Part shown: in pieces, positions 1 to 11,830 of the stretch
Numbering within the stretch: position 1 is the stretch's first letter
How the letters are laid out: each line of letters begins with the position of its first letter
Assembly: GCF_009914755.1 (NCBI RefSeq)
Contig: NC_060934.1
Reading direction: 5' to 3' (one strand)
DNA length: 64,000 nt
Origin: the human T2T-CHM13v2.0 reference genome, Homo sapiens
Notes under the pieces: model-generated
Databases searched by the model: none
The model's input: the letters and a program-made list of their open reading frames with translations, nothing else
What the model was told of the DNA's origin: nothing
Translations under genes and position numbers: made by a program

Positions 1-493
1 ATATCCCATCTACTGTTATCACACTCTGCTGTCTTCACCAATGTGAACTGAGAATAAGAGATGGCAGCTTTTCAATGTATTGCCTAGATTCCTCTGGCTT
101 GTAGTGCTCCCGTCATTTCTATTTCCTACCATGCTTCTGTGATAAAGCGAGAAATAATATGCCAAAATGCCACTAGCATTCAATACAGGGTATGCTGTCC
201 TCTACAATTAGCATATTTTTTTCTGATAGACCAAGTGTTTAGGATGCAATGATTTATAGGTCCAGGAAATATATAGACAGTTGCTTGGATGAAAGAAGGG
301 TATGTAGGAAGTTGACTTTGTGTACTAATAAATGCCAAAAGGTACATTAGGTTAAGGAAATTATGTATGAAGGAGTCTGGCGATAAATTACTGTTGCATT
401 TTTCTGAGTTGAATTGCTTATGTGTCTGTATAAATTGCTAAGCAGAAAATAGGCTAAGAGCATTAAAACTTTAGTTAACTCTTATTTCCTCAG

Positions 494-763
494 GTCTATG
501 TAATTTTAAACTTATTTAGGACAATAGCCCATTTGTTTTACAAATCACAGTGTTCATTGCAATATCTTTCAAGCTGAAAGCACTAAATCACTTTATATTA
601 TGGAGACCTGGAAGAATGCAGCATTATAGCTTGGCTGGCAGAACATGTATCAGTGAGATATTGATCTAACCAGGAAAAAGAAAAGCTGTGCTGAATGGAC
701 TCCACACTGCAAGGAGTGTTATCTGCAGGCTGCAGTGTTTGTTCAAATCCCATATTGCTGGAG
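494..763 (+). other. Candidate non-coding exon (unverified)
   Basis: Acceptor-like ttaactcttatttcctcag ends at 493 and donor GAG|gtgagg starts at 764. Splice motifs only; no ORF support. Confidence 0.15.
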
Positions 764-771
764 GTGAGGTC

Positions 772-790
772 ATATATATATATATATATA
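772..790. repeat. (AT)n microsatellite
   Basis: atatatatatatatatata read directly. Confidence 0.95.
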
Positions 791-912
791 TTTTTTGCAG
801 GCTTCATATGATTTTAGTGACAGTTATGGCCATTTTCTTAATCTGAAAGATTAAGAAAGTTGTTTGTTGAAGAATGTCTGTAGATAATTCCTTGACATCA
901 GGAGTAGCTCAC

Positions 913-1132
913 CTTTCTGCAGGAATGGGTTAAAATGGAATGTTGATCAAATGCTCTGACTTCTTAAGTATGGTTTGTCTATACTTCCAAACCTGTATCA
1001 CAGAACCCCTCTGGACCCTTTGGCAATTCAAAGTATCAACACTGAGACAAAGGTGTAGCTGTCAGTCGGAGGGGATATTGTGTAGTTGCCTTAAGTAGTG
1101 TTTTCCTAGAAGACCCCTCAGAAGTAAAGAAA
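913..1132 (-). other. Candidate 220-nt non-coding (lncRNA-type) exon
   Basis: Minus strand: acceptor tgtcttacttctgtttcag| (complement of 1133 onward) and strong donor AAG|gtgagc (complement of 907-915). All three frames contain stops. Confidence 0.3.
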
Positions 1133-2029
1133 CTGAAACAGAAGTAAGACATGAGTCTTAATTGGATTATGCTGAGATTAGGATACTGTGTGGCTCTGAC
1201 TTCTCATCTCACTTTCAAAGACCGAGGAGACAGGTGCATCCGTAATTTGCATGGGGTCCAGGAAGGAGCCCTGTGGGAAAGACTCAGCTCTGTGTACAGT
1301 TAGCATTAGGCTGTTCCAATATGACTGATTGACATGGACTGACTGACAGAAAGGATTAAAGTCCTGGAAAGAGAACAACAGAAGTCATTGCCAGGAGGGA
1401 ATGAAATACTGTAAGGAAGTTAGGAATCTGCCATGCTGAGGATAAGGAAATAGAGAGCTGTGTTTGAACCCATCTTCATTTTGTCCCTTAGGAATGCATG
1501 TGCTATCTGGAAGGATAAACTAGAATAATCATATCACCAGAAACATAAGTGAGTCAGCTGTTCGATTCACTCCTACTACCAAGAGTAGACCTCTAGAGGA
1601 GCAGCATATGCATGGCAACTAGACCTCTGCTCCTGGCGTAGATGTGGGCCCCTGGTCAGTTTTCATAAGTGCTTATTAAAAGAATAATGGAATGGTCATC
1701 AGCAAGCTCCTGTTAGGGATCCACTTACTGTCCTGCTGGTACCTGTGCACTCTATGATAATTCATATTTGGAACTGTTTTATTCCCTTTATTGTATGCAG
1801 AGGGTATTTTGTGTGGTCAGAGATTCTTCCATGTGCCTGCCAAGTGATTATTCACCTTTTTATTCCAATATCCTATGTATAATTGCACCTACACACTCCC
1901 ATACAAATCCTAATGCAGTGTATAGGCTGTGTATTGCTATTTAGTATGCTTTGTCTCCAGTTGTGTCTCTGAGCCCAGGTCCCCCTCCATAACATCACAC
2001 TGTGCTATTTCTCCAACATGCTGGCAGAC

Positions 2030-2430
2030 ACAGAGCTAACAGGAAGCCTAAACAGAGCATTTCCCTTTGGGTTGAGCGTGAGGGGGCTTCTTCTTCCTCT
2101 CTCATGTCACACTCTGCTTGGCATGCTCTCCAGTCCTCTAAGGAACAGATGCAGGAGCACATTTACAAAGCAGGACTACGATGAGCGGGCACCCGCGAGG
2201 CTTGAGATGTGCCCAGCCTCCTCCCTAGGCAGGCTGCCAAAGCAAAGCTCCCTCATGTAATAGCTTGGGCAGATAATGGGTAGACACAGGAGGAACAAAT
2301 CAGGAAGCAAACTCACTGTGGGCCTGATTCCCATTTAGAGGGTGAGACATCCACAGTCTGGGATAGTGAGAAATTTATGGAATGGGCTCTTTTTTCCATT
2401 TCTACTCTCTTCTTTGCTGTGGTTCCTCAA
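2030..2430. promoter_or_regulatory. Candidate enhancer (ETS/GATA/RUNX motifs, local CpG cluster)
   Basis: ACAGGAAG 2039-2046, four CpGs 2179-2197, AGATAA 2271-2276, CAGGAAG 2301-2307, TGTGGTT 2418-2424, in GC-richer unique sequence. Confidence 0.35.
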
Positions 2431-2782
2431 ACACCACTTGGTGCACAGAGCTAGGGAAAAGCAACAGAGCTTCTGAAATGGCATTTGGCTAAAACACCCA
2501 GCCAATCTTCTATTTTTATTTAATTTTCATATCAGCAGTATTTTATTAAAACCATTAGTAAAATACAGAGAATATCTAATTTTAGAATGACAGCATTCAA
2601 ACCATCCGTTACAAATTGATTTTAATTAATGTGGTTTGTCATAATTAATAGGTTATTTTGACTCTCCACAGTAGCCTTCATAGTGGTAGATGAGGACCTG
2701 AGGTCCTCTCTCCCACAGCTTTGCAACTGCCAGGTGTTACATTACAATGGAAGTAAGTCTTAGCTTGAACTCTTCTGTGCTG

Positions 2783-3188
2783 CTGTGGAATGAATTATCG
2801 GTCTCAATTCATCCCTTCCCAGTAGTATTAAGCACAACCTAGCCATGCTTCATAGTGGGTCCACAATTTCCCCACTTTTTGATTTGGGGTTCAGATGTGT
2901 AACTTGCTTTGGTCAATGGGGAGTCTGCAGATAATTGGAAGTAGAGGCCTGAAATGGGCTCATGAATTGGAATTGCTTTCTCAGTTTCTGTCACCACCAT
3001 GAGAAGAACGTATGCCAGATAGCTGCTGCCAATTCATTGAAATGAGACCCTCAAAGTACAACGCGTAAATGCAAGATCAGCTGAAATTCAGCTAGCCCAC
3101 AATTCCCTAAGTCATGGGAAATATGGTGTAGGTCACTGATATATCAAGCTTGTTGCACGTTATTGTGGTAATAGTTAATTGACGTACA
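2783..3188 (+). mobile_element. MaLR solo LTR, MLT1H/I-like
   Basis: Diagnostic blocks gtgtaacttgctttggtcaatgg and ccatgagaagaac, and a 3' end tattgtggtaatagttaattgacgtaca resembling MLT1 termini. Confidence 0.65.
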
Positions 3189-3499
3189 TATATACCAACA
3201 CATACCAGCAAGTAAGCACACAGAAAATTATACAACCAATTCTTTCAGGCACTCCACCAAGCACATTGCAGATGTGAAAATATGATCAGGGCAGGATTCT
3301 GCTCACCTGATTGAAATTCAGGGATAGATCCCTCCCTTAGTAGACTGTCCATATGTCAGGTACACACAGCTGGGATAATACCTTTATCCTAGTTGTGTAA
3401 AACCAGAATAAATAATATGGACTTATAGTTTATCTGATCTAGGCCGAAGTCTTTTAAAGTAAATTATAGACAATATGGCATTATATATCTGTCTATCTT

Positions 3500-3625
3500 A
3501 TCATCTACTCATCCTTCCATCATTCATCCATCCATCTATCCATTTATCCATCCATCCATCATCCATCCATTCATCATCCATCCACTCATCCACCCATCCA
3601 TCCATCTATCCACCCATTCATCCAC
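3500..3625. repeat. Imperfect (CCAT/TCCA)n tetranucleotide repeat
   Basis: Run of tcca/tcat/tcta units; explains ORF 3475..3672. Confidence 0.9.
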
Positions 3626-3879
3626 TTATGAATCCAGGCACTGTTGCTTTCCACAGTCATGTGGGAATGTAAACATGACCAATTAAAGCTGAGTCAGTGC
3701 AATGTGATTTTAATAATAAATAGGAGAAATTATTATTGCCCCATGACCTTTAAACATTTTTGTCAAAACATTGAAAATGCTCTTACCATTAGATATAGAG
3801 AAATAAAAAAATAGAAAGACTAATATTTATTTAGTAAAATGTAATTTAAGATACTAGAAACATTAAGAATTTAAGTATT

Positions 3880-4665
3880 TTATTTCTTTATTAAAATCTT
3901 ATCAGGAGCGGTTTGAACAGGGCTTGGCTTTTTCTCATGGTTATGTAATCTGTAGTATGGAGGGAATGAGTTTTTTAAGCCTTGGCAAATTGCCATACTC
4001 CTTTCAAAGACTGGATGAGTTTCCAATATCTTATCCTTTTGAGATTTTCATGGTGTGAAATATCCCCAAGAGTTTTCTTAATGTGAAGATTTTTTTGCTG
4101 TCCTCCCTCGCTGCCTCTGGAACATTTTTTTTCATCCTTCTTGTCACTACCACTTTCCATATTTATATCAATAACTTTCCCTTTACTAAGTTCCTCTAGC
4201 TGCATAATGGAAGCTCCCAAATGGCAGAAGTGCCAATATTTCCAAGGTCACCTAGTGCTCCTATAATTTCATTTACATTTAATTCAAATTCCACTTCCAG
4301 ATTTATTACTCTTTGTTTCTTTGTTGTTCTTTCATCTTTATTGACCAGTTCCCTTTTTCAATTGTCCATTTGATAAATGAGTTTATCCCTGGGGGAAAAG
4401 GGGGCAACACAGCTACACACTTGCCGTCTACTCATGAACAAATATATGCACAGCAACCAATCGCTGACTGACTTAGAAAGAAGTGATGTGATTGGTCATT
4501 GGTCATGAATCTGTTATTTACATAGTGATTTGTTGACTGAAGAGCTAGCAAAGAAGTTTGTAGCTTATGTAATTACTTGCAATTAAGGTAATGGAGTAAC
4601 TTAAATTTGAACTGTGTTGTTGGGTGACTGGTGTTATTTAATTAAACTGTGCTCAGTGAGGACTG
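3880..4665 (-). mobile_element. Old TcMar-Tigger DNA transposon, Tigger13a-like
   Basis: Minus-strand translation LEELSKGKVIDINMESGSDKKDE ... EKKPSPVQTAPDK resembles the pogo/Tigger C-terminal acidic region. The right end aactgtgttgttgggtgactggtgttatttaattaaactgtg...gaggactg resembles Tigger13a. Confidence 0.55.
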
Positions 4666-4693
4666 ACCATATTTATTTGTCCCTCTCTCACTC

Positions 4694-4709
4694 TGTGTGT
4701 GTGTGTGTG
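4694..4709. repeat. (TG)8 microsatellite
   Basis: Read directly. Confidence 0.9.
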
Positions 4710-4800
4710 CATGTGGTTAAACTATGGATTTCTAAGTCTTTTTTCCTATAAAGGTAATAGCAATGCTTTATAGCTGCTGGATATGGTCACTTAAAGAATT

Positions 4801-4845
4801 TGCTATCAACCCCTTAGAATCTGTTATCAACCCTTTAGAATCTGT
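4801..4845. repeat. Imperfect 21-bp tandem duplication
   Basis: tgctatcaaccccttagaatc / tgttatcaaccctttagaatc / tgt. Confidence 0.85.
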
Positions 4846-6377
4846 AGTCTCTGTTTCCAAATCACAGGCTCTGTAACTTTTCTCATTCTTGTCTTTCTGT
4901 GAGTCTCCAATGTCAGGAGAACTGCCTCTCCTGTGAGCTTTGTGCCTTCCTGTTGTGTCTGTCATCCTTCTCCCCAGCATGGGGCAATTGGTGTCCCTCT
5001 GGGAGTTTTCAGATAGTAATTTGCCCATCTTGGAAGGAAATGGTCTCCCTTTGGCCTCCTTACTTTTCTCAGGGTGTCTGTTCTCTTCTTGCAAATGTCT
5101 AGACTCCTAAGACTATTGCCTCCACAGCCTGGAACTTTTAATGCTAATATTGTATAATCTGGTTTGCCAGACCTCATGCCTGGTTTAGAATGCTCATCGG
5201 GAAGAAAAAGGTGCTCCCAAATTATGTGGATAATCTTGAAGTTGAATTATTATTTAGAATACAAAATGTATACATTGAAAAGCAAACTCATCTTGTAAGG
5301 AAAGGAAACATTTGCATTTCATAGTGAGAACATGGTTTGTCTAAGCAAGAAATAAAATTAAACATAGTGAGCCAATTAGGAAGAAATGATCTGAATATGT
5401 ATCATTGTGACAATATTAACTCATGACAATTTCTGCTTGTCCCATTCAGTATCTTTTAGACATTTCTAATCTAGAGTCAGTGCAAAAGCCACTGGCCAGC
5501 TTCTAAATGCCAGGGTTTTAAATGCCTGTCAAAAATGAATTTGTTACCTTATTTTTTACAAGGACACTTTGTAATGCAAAAGGGCAAAATACCATACTCT
5601 CCCAGGAAATATGTGGTAAGGAGGCTAAACCAATATTTTTCTTTTTAAGATAGATAACATCCCTCTTCACAAAGAGAAAAGAGTAACTGTTGTCTCCTCT
5701 AAACTATCTTTCAGACGTTTAATGAGAGCCATCTTATCCCAGCGAGTAAAAGGCAAATACCAGCTGCCTCCTGAGAGAGGGGCAAAGAAAGGTCAAGGAA
5801 GACCTCCTGCTGCTGGCTTTGGGGGCATCTGCTGTTTTTCTCACCCACAAAGGGCAGTCTGTCTTTGAGCACTTACAGTGTATGCAAGGAGAGTAGCCCA
5901 GTTCTGACCTGTCAATCACTAGGTTAGACTCTCTCTGAAACTCTCCTTTAGGCAATGGCATCTAATCTATGCAACAGTCAGAGTGCCAGACACCCAGGGC
6001 TTGGGCTAGGCTTGCAGGGCTCGCTGGAGTGGCCCTTGGATCTTAGAACTAACAGAATCAAGGGAAGTGGGAAAGCCAAGGCCAGACTCAGCAGCAGTAG
6101 TCCTGTGAAAGAGCTAGACTATGGGGAGAGAAACCAAATAGGAGCTAACAGGTCAGCTGTGGACAGCAAGAGAAAGAGAGAGGTTTTGGAATGAAGGGAA
6201 GTGATTACAATCTAGGAAGGTTACTGAAAACCCAGGGCTTGTTTTTCAATACCTTTTGTTAGGTCAATATAGCCTCTCCCAAATTTTAAAAGGAGTTTTG
6301 AAGAGGGCTAAGCTAATTTGAACAAGTGAGATCAAACAACTTTGGTTCCAACTGGGATCTTCTAGTCATCTTGGCTT

Positions 6378-6383
<6 letters not shown>

Positions 6384-6437
<54 letters not shown>
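6384..6437. repeat. Compound (TG)18(AG)9 microsatellite
   Basis: Read directly. Confidence 0.95.
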
Positions 6438-7320
6438 TATGAGTGTGTGCCTGGCAACGGTGAAATCAGTAAGAGGTTAACAAGTTCTTTTGTTTCCCCA
6501 GTTGAATTTAGGCATAGTAAGTAAACAAACCGACATTTTAACATGTGCTTCAGAAAACGGGAAAGGTAAAAGTCACTTCCAAAAGGCCCAAGAAATGTGC
6601 ACATTTATAGCAAAGCAAGGGTGAGTGGAATTTGAGTACATAATATAGAGAAGCAAACCTATGGTAGTACCAAAAATTCCGCCAGTGATCATTCCTGGGC
6701 TTCAGGACCTGCCATGATGCCCTGGAAATGAGGCAGAAGGAATCAGCTTGAGCTGCTTTTCCGACTTGATGAAGGCATTCCTCCTACTGCAAGTTTCTCA
6801 CCCCCACTTAAGTACAGAAGGAAGCAGGATACACCAATTGCTTAGAGTATTTCCAAAGGATTTAATGCAAGACTGTATTGAAATATGCTTTAACAACTTC
6901 TACAATTTCTGAGACTATGACAAGTGATAGTTAATTTTGACATTGCTGACTGTGGCTGCCATTTATTCTTAGCACAGTTATTCATTGTACTATCTGGAAT
7001 ACATGCCTCCTTTTTAGTTAAATTAGAATCATGATAATTAACAAATATTTTTCATTGAAAAAGTACATTCACCTAATAAGCAAAGAAACATAAAAGACCA
7101 AAATGACTACTGCTATGATGAAAGACAGGATAATTTTTTTATTTGTTCTAGACGTACCAAATAGAAGGGAATTACACCAACTCAAACCCAGGGCACATGT
7201 AAATAAATAAAAGTATAATACAAAATATCTTTCTTAAGATGTCAGAAGAAAATTTAGCTATTCTGAAACTCAACAGCAGAAACTGTTGTATTTCCCATAC
7301 TAGGAGTATCAATAGGCAAG

Positions 7321-7662
7321 TGTCTTAGTTCGAGCTGCTATCTCAGAATATTATGCATTGGGTAGTTGATGAACAATAGAAATTTATTTCTCACAGTTCT
7401 GGAGAGTGGATCCCTGAGATCAGGGTGCCTACATGGCCTGGTTCTGGTGAGGGTCCTCCTCCAGGTTGCAGACTGCCAACTTCTAGTTGTGTCTTCACTG
7501 GGCAGAAAGATAAATGTCTAAATCCCTTCCTCTTCTTAAAAAGACACTAATCCTATCATAGGGGGTTTACCCACAAAAGCTTCGCCTCTTAGTACCATCT
7601 AATTGGGGGTTAGAGTTTCAACATATTAATTTTGAGGGGACACAAATATGCAATCTATAACA
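7321..7662 (-). mobile_element. MaLR solo LTR, MLT1A0-like, with 5-bp TSD
   Basis: TG...CA termini; aatttatttctcacagttctgga and ggttctggtgagggtcc blocks; GCAAG duplicated at 7316-7320 and 7663-7667. Confidence 0.88.
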
Positions 7663-8119
7663 GCAAGGCATTGAGAGTGGAGATTTATATGAGCCAAAGC
7701 AGAATCACAGACAAATCATCAACATGGTTGTTGGCACATAGGCATTTGCTAATTGTTTCCTTTATTTAATTTAGCATTTGGAAATATATAAATTTATCTA
7801 CAGAAATAGGATTATGGAGGCATCTAAAACTCCTCTGTTGTACTTCTATGCCATTCAACAAATACCTGCTCTCTGAAAGCCTTCAAATTGATGTCTGCCC
7901 TTAAGGGAGATGAATGGGAGAAGATAACTAGCAGTGAGCAAACACTATATCTGATCGTTTACAGATATTAAATAATTTAATCGCTAGAAAAAGAAAGCAA
8001 AGCATAGATAACATATATAATTATCCCACTTTTAGAGATGCAGTTCAGAGAATTTAAGTGATAAAATTATCTAGTAATAAACAGCATTGTCAGTAATGTT
8101 AGTAATAAAATCTGAAAAT

Positions 8120-8450
8120 ACTACCACTTATCAACCACACACCACGCAGAAGGACCTGGGCTAAGCACTAGATGTATATTTTATCCTCTCAGCATCCCTG
8201 GGTGTTGGCTACTGTTATTTAAATTGCATAGGTGAGAATATGAATGGTTCCTAAGAACTGTGCTTCTCAAAATTTTATCTACATACAAATAAACTACTGA
8301 TCTTGTTAAAATGCAGCTTCAGATTCACTAGGTCTAGGTAGAACCTGAGGTTCTCTGTTTTTAACAAGCTTCAGATGACACACATGCTGCTGATCCATGG
8401 ATCAAACAGAAAAGCTGGGTTGAGAGGTGAAGTAACTCGGTCAAGTACAT
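8120..8450 (-). mobile_element. MIR interrupted by a MER5-type (hAT-Charlie) element at ~8257-8418
   Basis: MIR-like sequence before (..ggtgagaatatga) and after (gagaggtgaagtaactcggtcaag). Between them tgcttctcaaa..tcttgttaaaatgcagcttcagattcactaggtct..ttttaacaagct is MER5A/B-like. Confidence 0.65.
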
Positions 8451-8461
8451 GAGGCAGATTC

Positions 8462-8766
8462 TTTTTTTTTTTTTTTGAGACAGAGTCTTGCTCTGTTGCC
8501 CAGTCTGGAGTGCAGTGGTGTGATCATAATTCACTGCAACCTCAAACTCCTGGGCTCAGGTGATTCTCCCTCCTCAGCCTCCTGAGTAGCTAGGACAATA
8601 GGCATGCACCACCACACCTGGCTAATTTTTTTTAATTTTATTTTTAATAGAGATGAGGTCTTGCTATGTTGCCCAAGCTGGCCTGAAACTGCTGAGCTCA
8701 AGCCATCCTGCTGCCTCAGGCTGCCAAAGTACTGGAATTAACCAGCATGAGCCACCATGCCTGGCC
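8462..8766 (-). mobile_element. Alu, J-type
   Basis: poly-T, gagacagagtcttgctctg ... gagccaccatgcctggcc; J diagnostics (tcataattcactgca, ttgctatgttgccc); short cagatt duplication at the flanks. Confidence 0.95.
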
Positions 8767-9109
8767 CAGATTGACTCTCAGTGGAGAAAAGATCAAACTG
8801 TTATTTGTTTAGTTCAAAATTGCAAGTGCATCTTGCCACCCTGTGCTATCTCTTCCTTGGGTTTGGCAATTCAGCTTAGTGGGGAGAATGAGATGTGCAC
8901 AAGGATGACTATGAGACTCAGTACTAATGGCAACACACTCTCAGACAGAGGCAAAGAATTCCACCACCGTCTCTGCCACTCAGGGCTTCCTGGAATGCAG
9001 AATATCTATGAGTAATTCCAAATGGATAAATGAGGATGATTCCCAAAAAGAGGTGTCTGGTAAGCTAAACCTAGAAGACTGAAGAAGATTTTACACATAA
9101 ACACATAAG

Positions 9110-9310
9110 AATGTATATGTGCATGTATTTATATATGTTATATTGTATACATATGCAATATAAATCTATAATATACAAAATTTATACATACACATGTATA
9201 TGGGTGTGTAGCTATATATAATGTATGTATATAAATTATATGTATATATGAATATGTATGTGTATATTCACACACACATTATATATAGACACACACATAT
9301 ACATATATTT
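9110..9310. repeat. Low-complexity (TA/TG/CA) tract
   Basis: Alternating purine-pyrimidine degenerate repeat. Confidence 0.85.
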
Positions 9311-10357
9311 TGATATCTATCTTTTGCTTCTAGATAGAGAGAAGTATGCACAGATTCTATACAGTATGAGGCAGGATCACAGGACAGCTTGGTATTTTGA
9401 ATGTACTTTGATTCCACAGATCATGTAGATCACACAGTATTTTCTCTTCCCTTCTCTTACATGAGGGGCACCCGGATATAGGACACTTAGAGTAGCTTAT
9501 TGATTTGCTTCTCTACTTGTTAGTAAAATTTTTAATAATAGGGGCTATGGAATTCTTGATCTTAGAATACCTAGGGCCCTAGATCTTGTCAATTCACAAA
9601 AATAATTCATTTGAATTATTTGATGTTCTTATTTCAGTTTTATTTGAATTAAATTGCTTTTGATATTTGCCTTTAGTAATTCAACCTCATTTTCTTAAGA
9701 TTTATAAAGTTTTTATTTGGCATTAATTTGGAAAATCAGATATCGTAATTAATTTAAAGTCATAGAAAATAAAAATATGAGAGCACCTAGAAGTTTGTAA
9801 GATGATGTTCTATTGCTTTATTGGCTTTACTCAGTTATTTAAAACAAAGTTTATATGCAATAAAATTAGTATAAAATCCAACTGATATTGAGAAATATCA
9901 ACAGTAATTAATCAAATTAGGTTTCTATGATAAAACCTCATTATTAAATTTGATTTTATTTATGTTGACATTTTCTAAGAAACATCTTTAGAAAGAAAGC
10001 ATTTGAAATCTTCTGATTATAAATATTTAGCCTCTTATGTTATCATAAGAGGCATATCTATTTTAAAGAAGCCACTGAGAAGCTGTACATTAATTAAGAA
10101 TACTATTTATTAAGAATAAATAGTCATAGAAATAAGGGTGCTGGTAGTTATGATTCCCCAAATAGAATGTCACTTCTGTTAACCACAATATTCAGCCATG
10201 AACCTTCTGAAATTTCAGGCCAAGAAGAAAATAAAGTCATGTCTATAGCTGTGCCTAGTTAGTAATCAGAAGGTTGAGTTTGGGGGAAAAAACAAGCTTT
10301 TCTCCTTTTCTAACCAAAGAAGTTGTTTTTATTTGGTGTTTGTTTATTTATTTTCAG

Positions 10358-10417
10358 CTGTTGCTCAAGCAGGTTCCTCAGGTACAGACTGACCCACACA
10401 GTATAACAGGCCAGATG
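10358..10417 (+). other. Candidate small exon (24 or 60 nt)
   Basis: TTCTAAC branch-like motif 10308-10314, U-rich tract, ttttcag| at 10357; possible donors CAG|gtacag (after 10381) or ATG|gtacga (after 10417). Both lengths are multiples of 3. Confidence 0.2.
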
Positions 10418-10859
10418 GTACGACTTTAGAACTTTAAGTCATATTTACTATGTGAGAATTTTTTTACTCATTTATTTCCTTCTTCATCTTTCCAGGGACA
10501 GCCTGTGAATTGTGCAGTGAATTCTTTCAGTATCACTAACCTGAATCTTTTTATAATATCCTCTTTTACCTAAATTTTAAAAGAAATCAATAAAACTTTT
10601 AGTTATTATTTGGCATTCAGAATTAGATTCAAATACGTCTATGTGGGTGCCTGTGCGTGTGTGAGTGTGTGTACCTGCTGGTAAAGACACTGAAGACATC
10701 ATTCCAGCAAAAATTGATCACTGTGTTTTTGGATTTGGTCCCAAGTTATTTTCTGTGAGATCCTCTTTCTCATTTTTGCTTTTGATTTTGACAGAAATGA
10801 CAGCTGAAATGTATCTCAATAATTGAGTTTTTAACTTTTTTTAAAAAGATAGCTTACTC

Positions 10860-11050
10860 AAAGCAACTGTTGTTCATAGCTGTTGTAATTTAAAGGAATC
10901 TATGTGATCTTTGCAAAAATAACTTTCCTAGGATGAGGTCAAGAATGAGTAATGTACAACCACAGAAAAGACGTGACATGCCTTCTTGTCTGAAACACGT
11001 GAAGACACAAGGAAGCCTTCATGCTAGGTAATTATTTCCAGAGGAGCTTC
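10860..11050. promoter_or_regulatory. Candidate enhancer (C/EBP, AP-1-like, RUNX, E-box, ETS motifs)
   Basis: TTGCAAAA 10911-10918, TGAGTAA 10946-10952, AACCACA 10958-10964, GACGTGAC 10970-10977, CACGTG 10996-11001, AGGAAG 11010-11015. Confidence 0.35.
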
Positions 11051-11674
11051 CATGGGACTTCATAAAAGCATTGACTTAATGATGAAATATTGACTCTATT
11101 TTCTCAGTGAACACTCTATTCATTTGAGCATCCCATCATTCAAACCTTGTAAATCCTTTCACAGTCTTCGGGAATAGGGTCCAGATTGTCATCCGCATCT
11201 TGTCTTCAGCAGCAAAAAAATACACACTCCTCCCCCACTCAGAGAAACTGCCCTTTAGCCAACATTTTGTGTCATTTAATTATTTGCAAGATTCATTAAT
11301 TGGCAACAGCCCTTCCAGATTTTCCTTAGAATTAACAATATTCCACTATAATTTATAGATTATGTGTCACTCTTCTTCCTCAGCTTGAAAAGGGCATACA
11401 TATTTCAAAATCACTTTTGAATCTTGAAATTTAAACATTTTCCCCAATGACATCTATTTTAATGCACATGATTTAAAACATGAGCTTTTGATATAAAATA
11501 AAGATAGTTTGAAAGAAAAATAGCAGCCTCTAAGTTTTCATATGGTTCTTCCTCCTGGGGATATTTCTAGAATTGAAAACACTTAAGAGGGTGCAGAATT
11601 CTTTGTCGAGTGCTTGCTTTTGCTTATTTAGAAATAGAGGGACAATGGCAGAGAGGGGTATGAACTCTCCTTTA

Positions 11675-11830
11675 TCAGACCTGCCTTCTGGGCTCATTTC
11701 TATATCTTATCAATAATATGACTTTGGACATACAATTCCAAATCTCTAGGTCGTAGTTTTCCCATCTGTAAAATGGGAAAACCCTCAACCTCAACAAATT
11801 TTTTGGGGGGTTAAAAGTGAACTAATATAT
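11675..11830 (+). mobile_element. MIR
   Basis: Core tgactttggaca...agttttcccatctgtaaaatgggaa. Confidence 0.7.

Noticed and set aside
1245-1252. Isolated ATTTGCAT octamers (also near 5310, 13858, 52794 and within L1)
   Set aside because: A handful of single 8-mers is expected by chance in 64 kb of AT-rich DNA.
2692-2708. GAGGACCT-G-AGGTCCTC inverted repeat (and a similar 9-bp one at 29589-29612)
   Set aside because: Arms of 8-9 bp are expected by chance at this window size.
3475-3672. ORF rich in S/I/H/P
   Set aside because: Translation of the (CCAT)n microsatellite.
4768-5177. Overlapping 67-108-aa ORFs
   Set aside because: No homology recognised; the internal repeat comes from the 21-bp duplication; lengths are within chance.
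8653-9015. 120-aa ORF
   Set aside because: N-terminus is antisense Alu (MRSCYVAQAGLKLL); the remainder has no recognisable domain.
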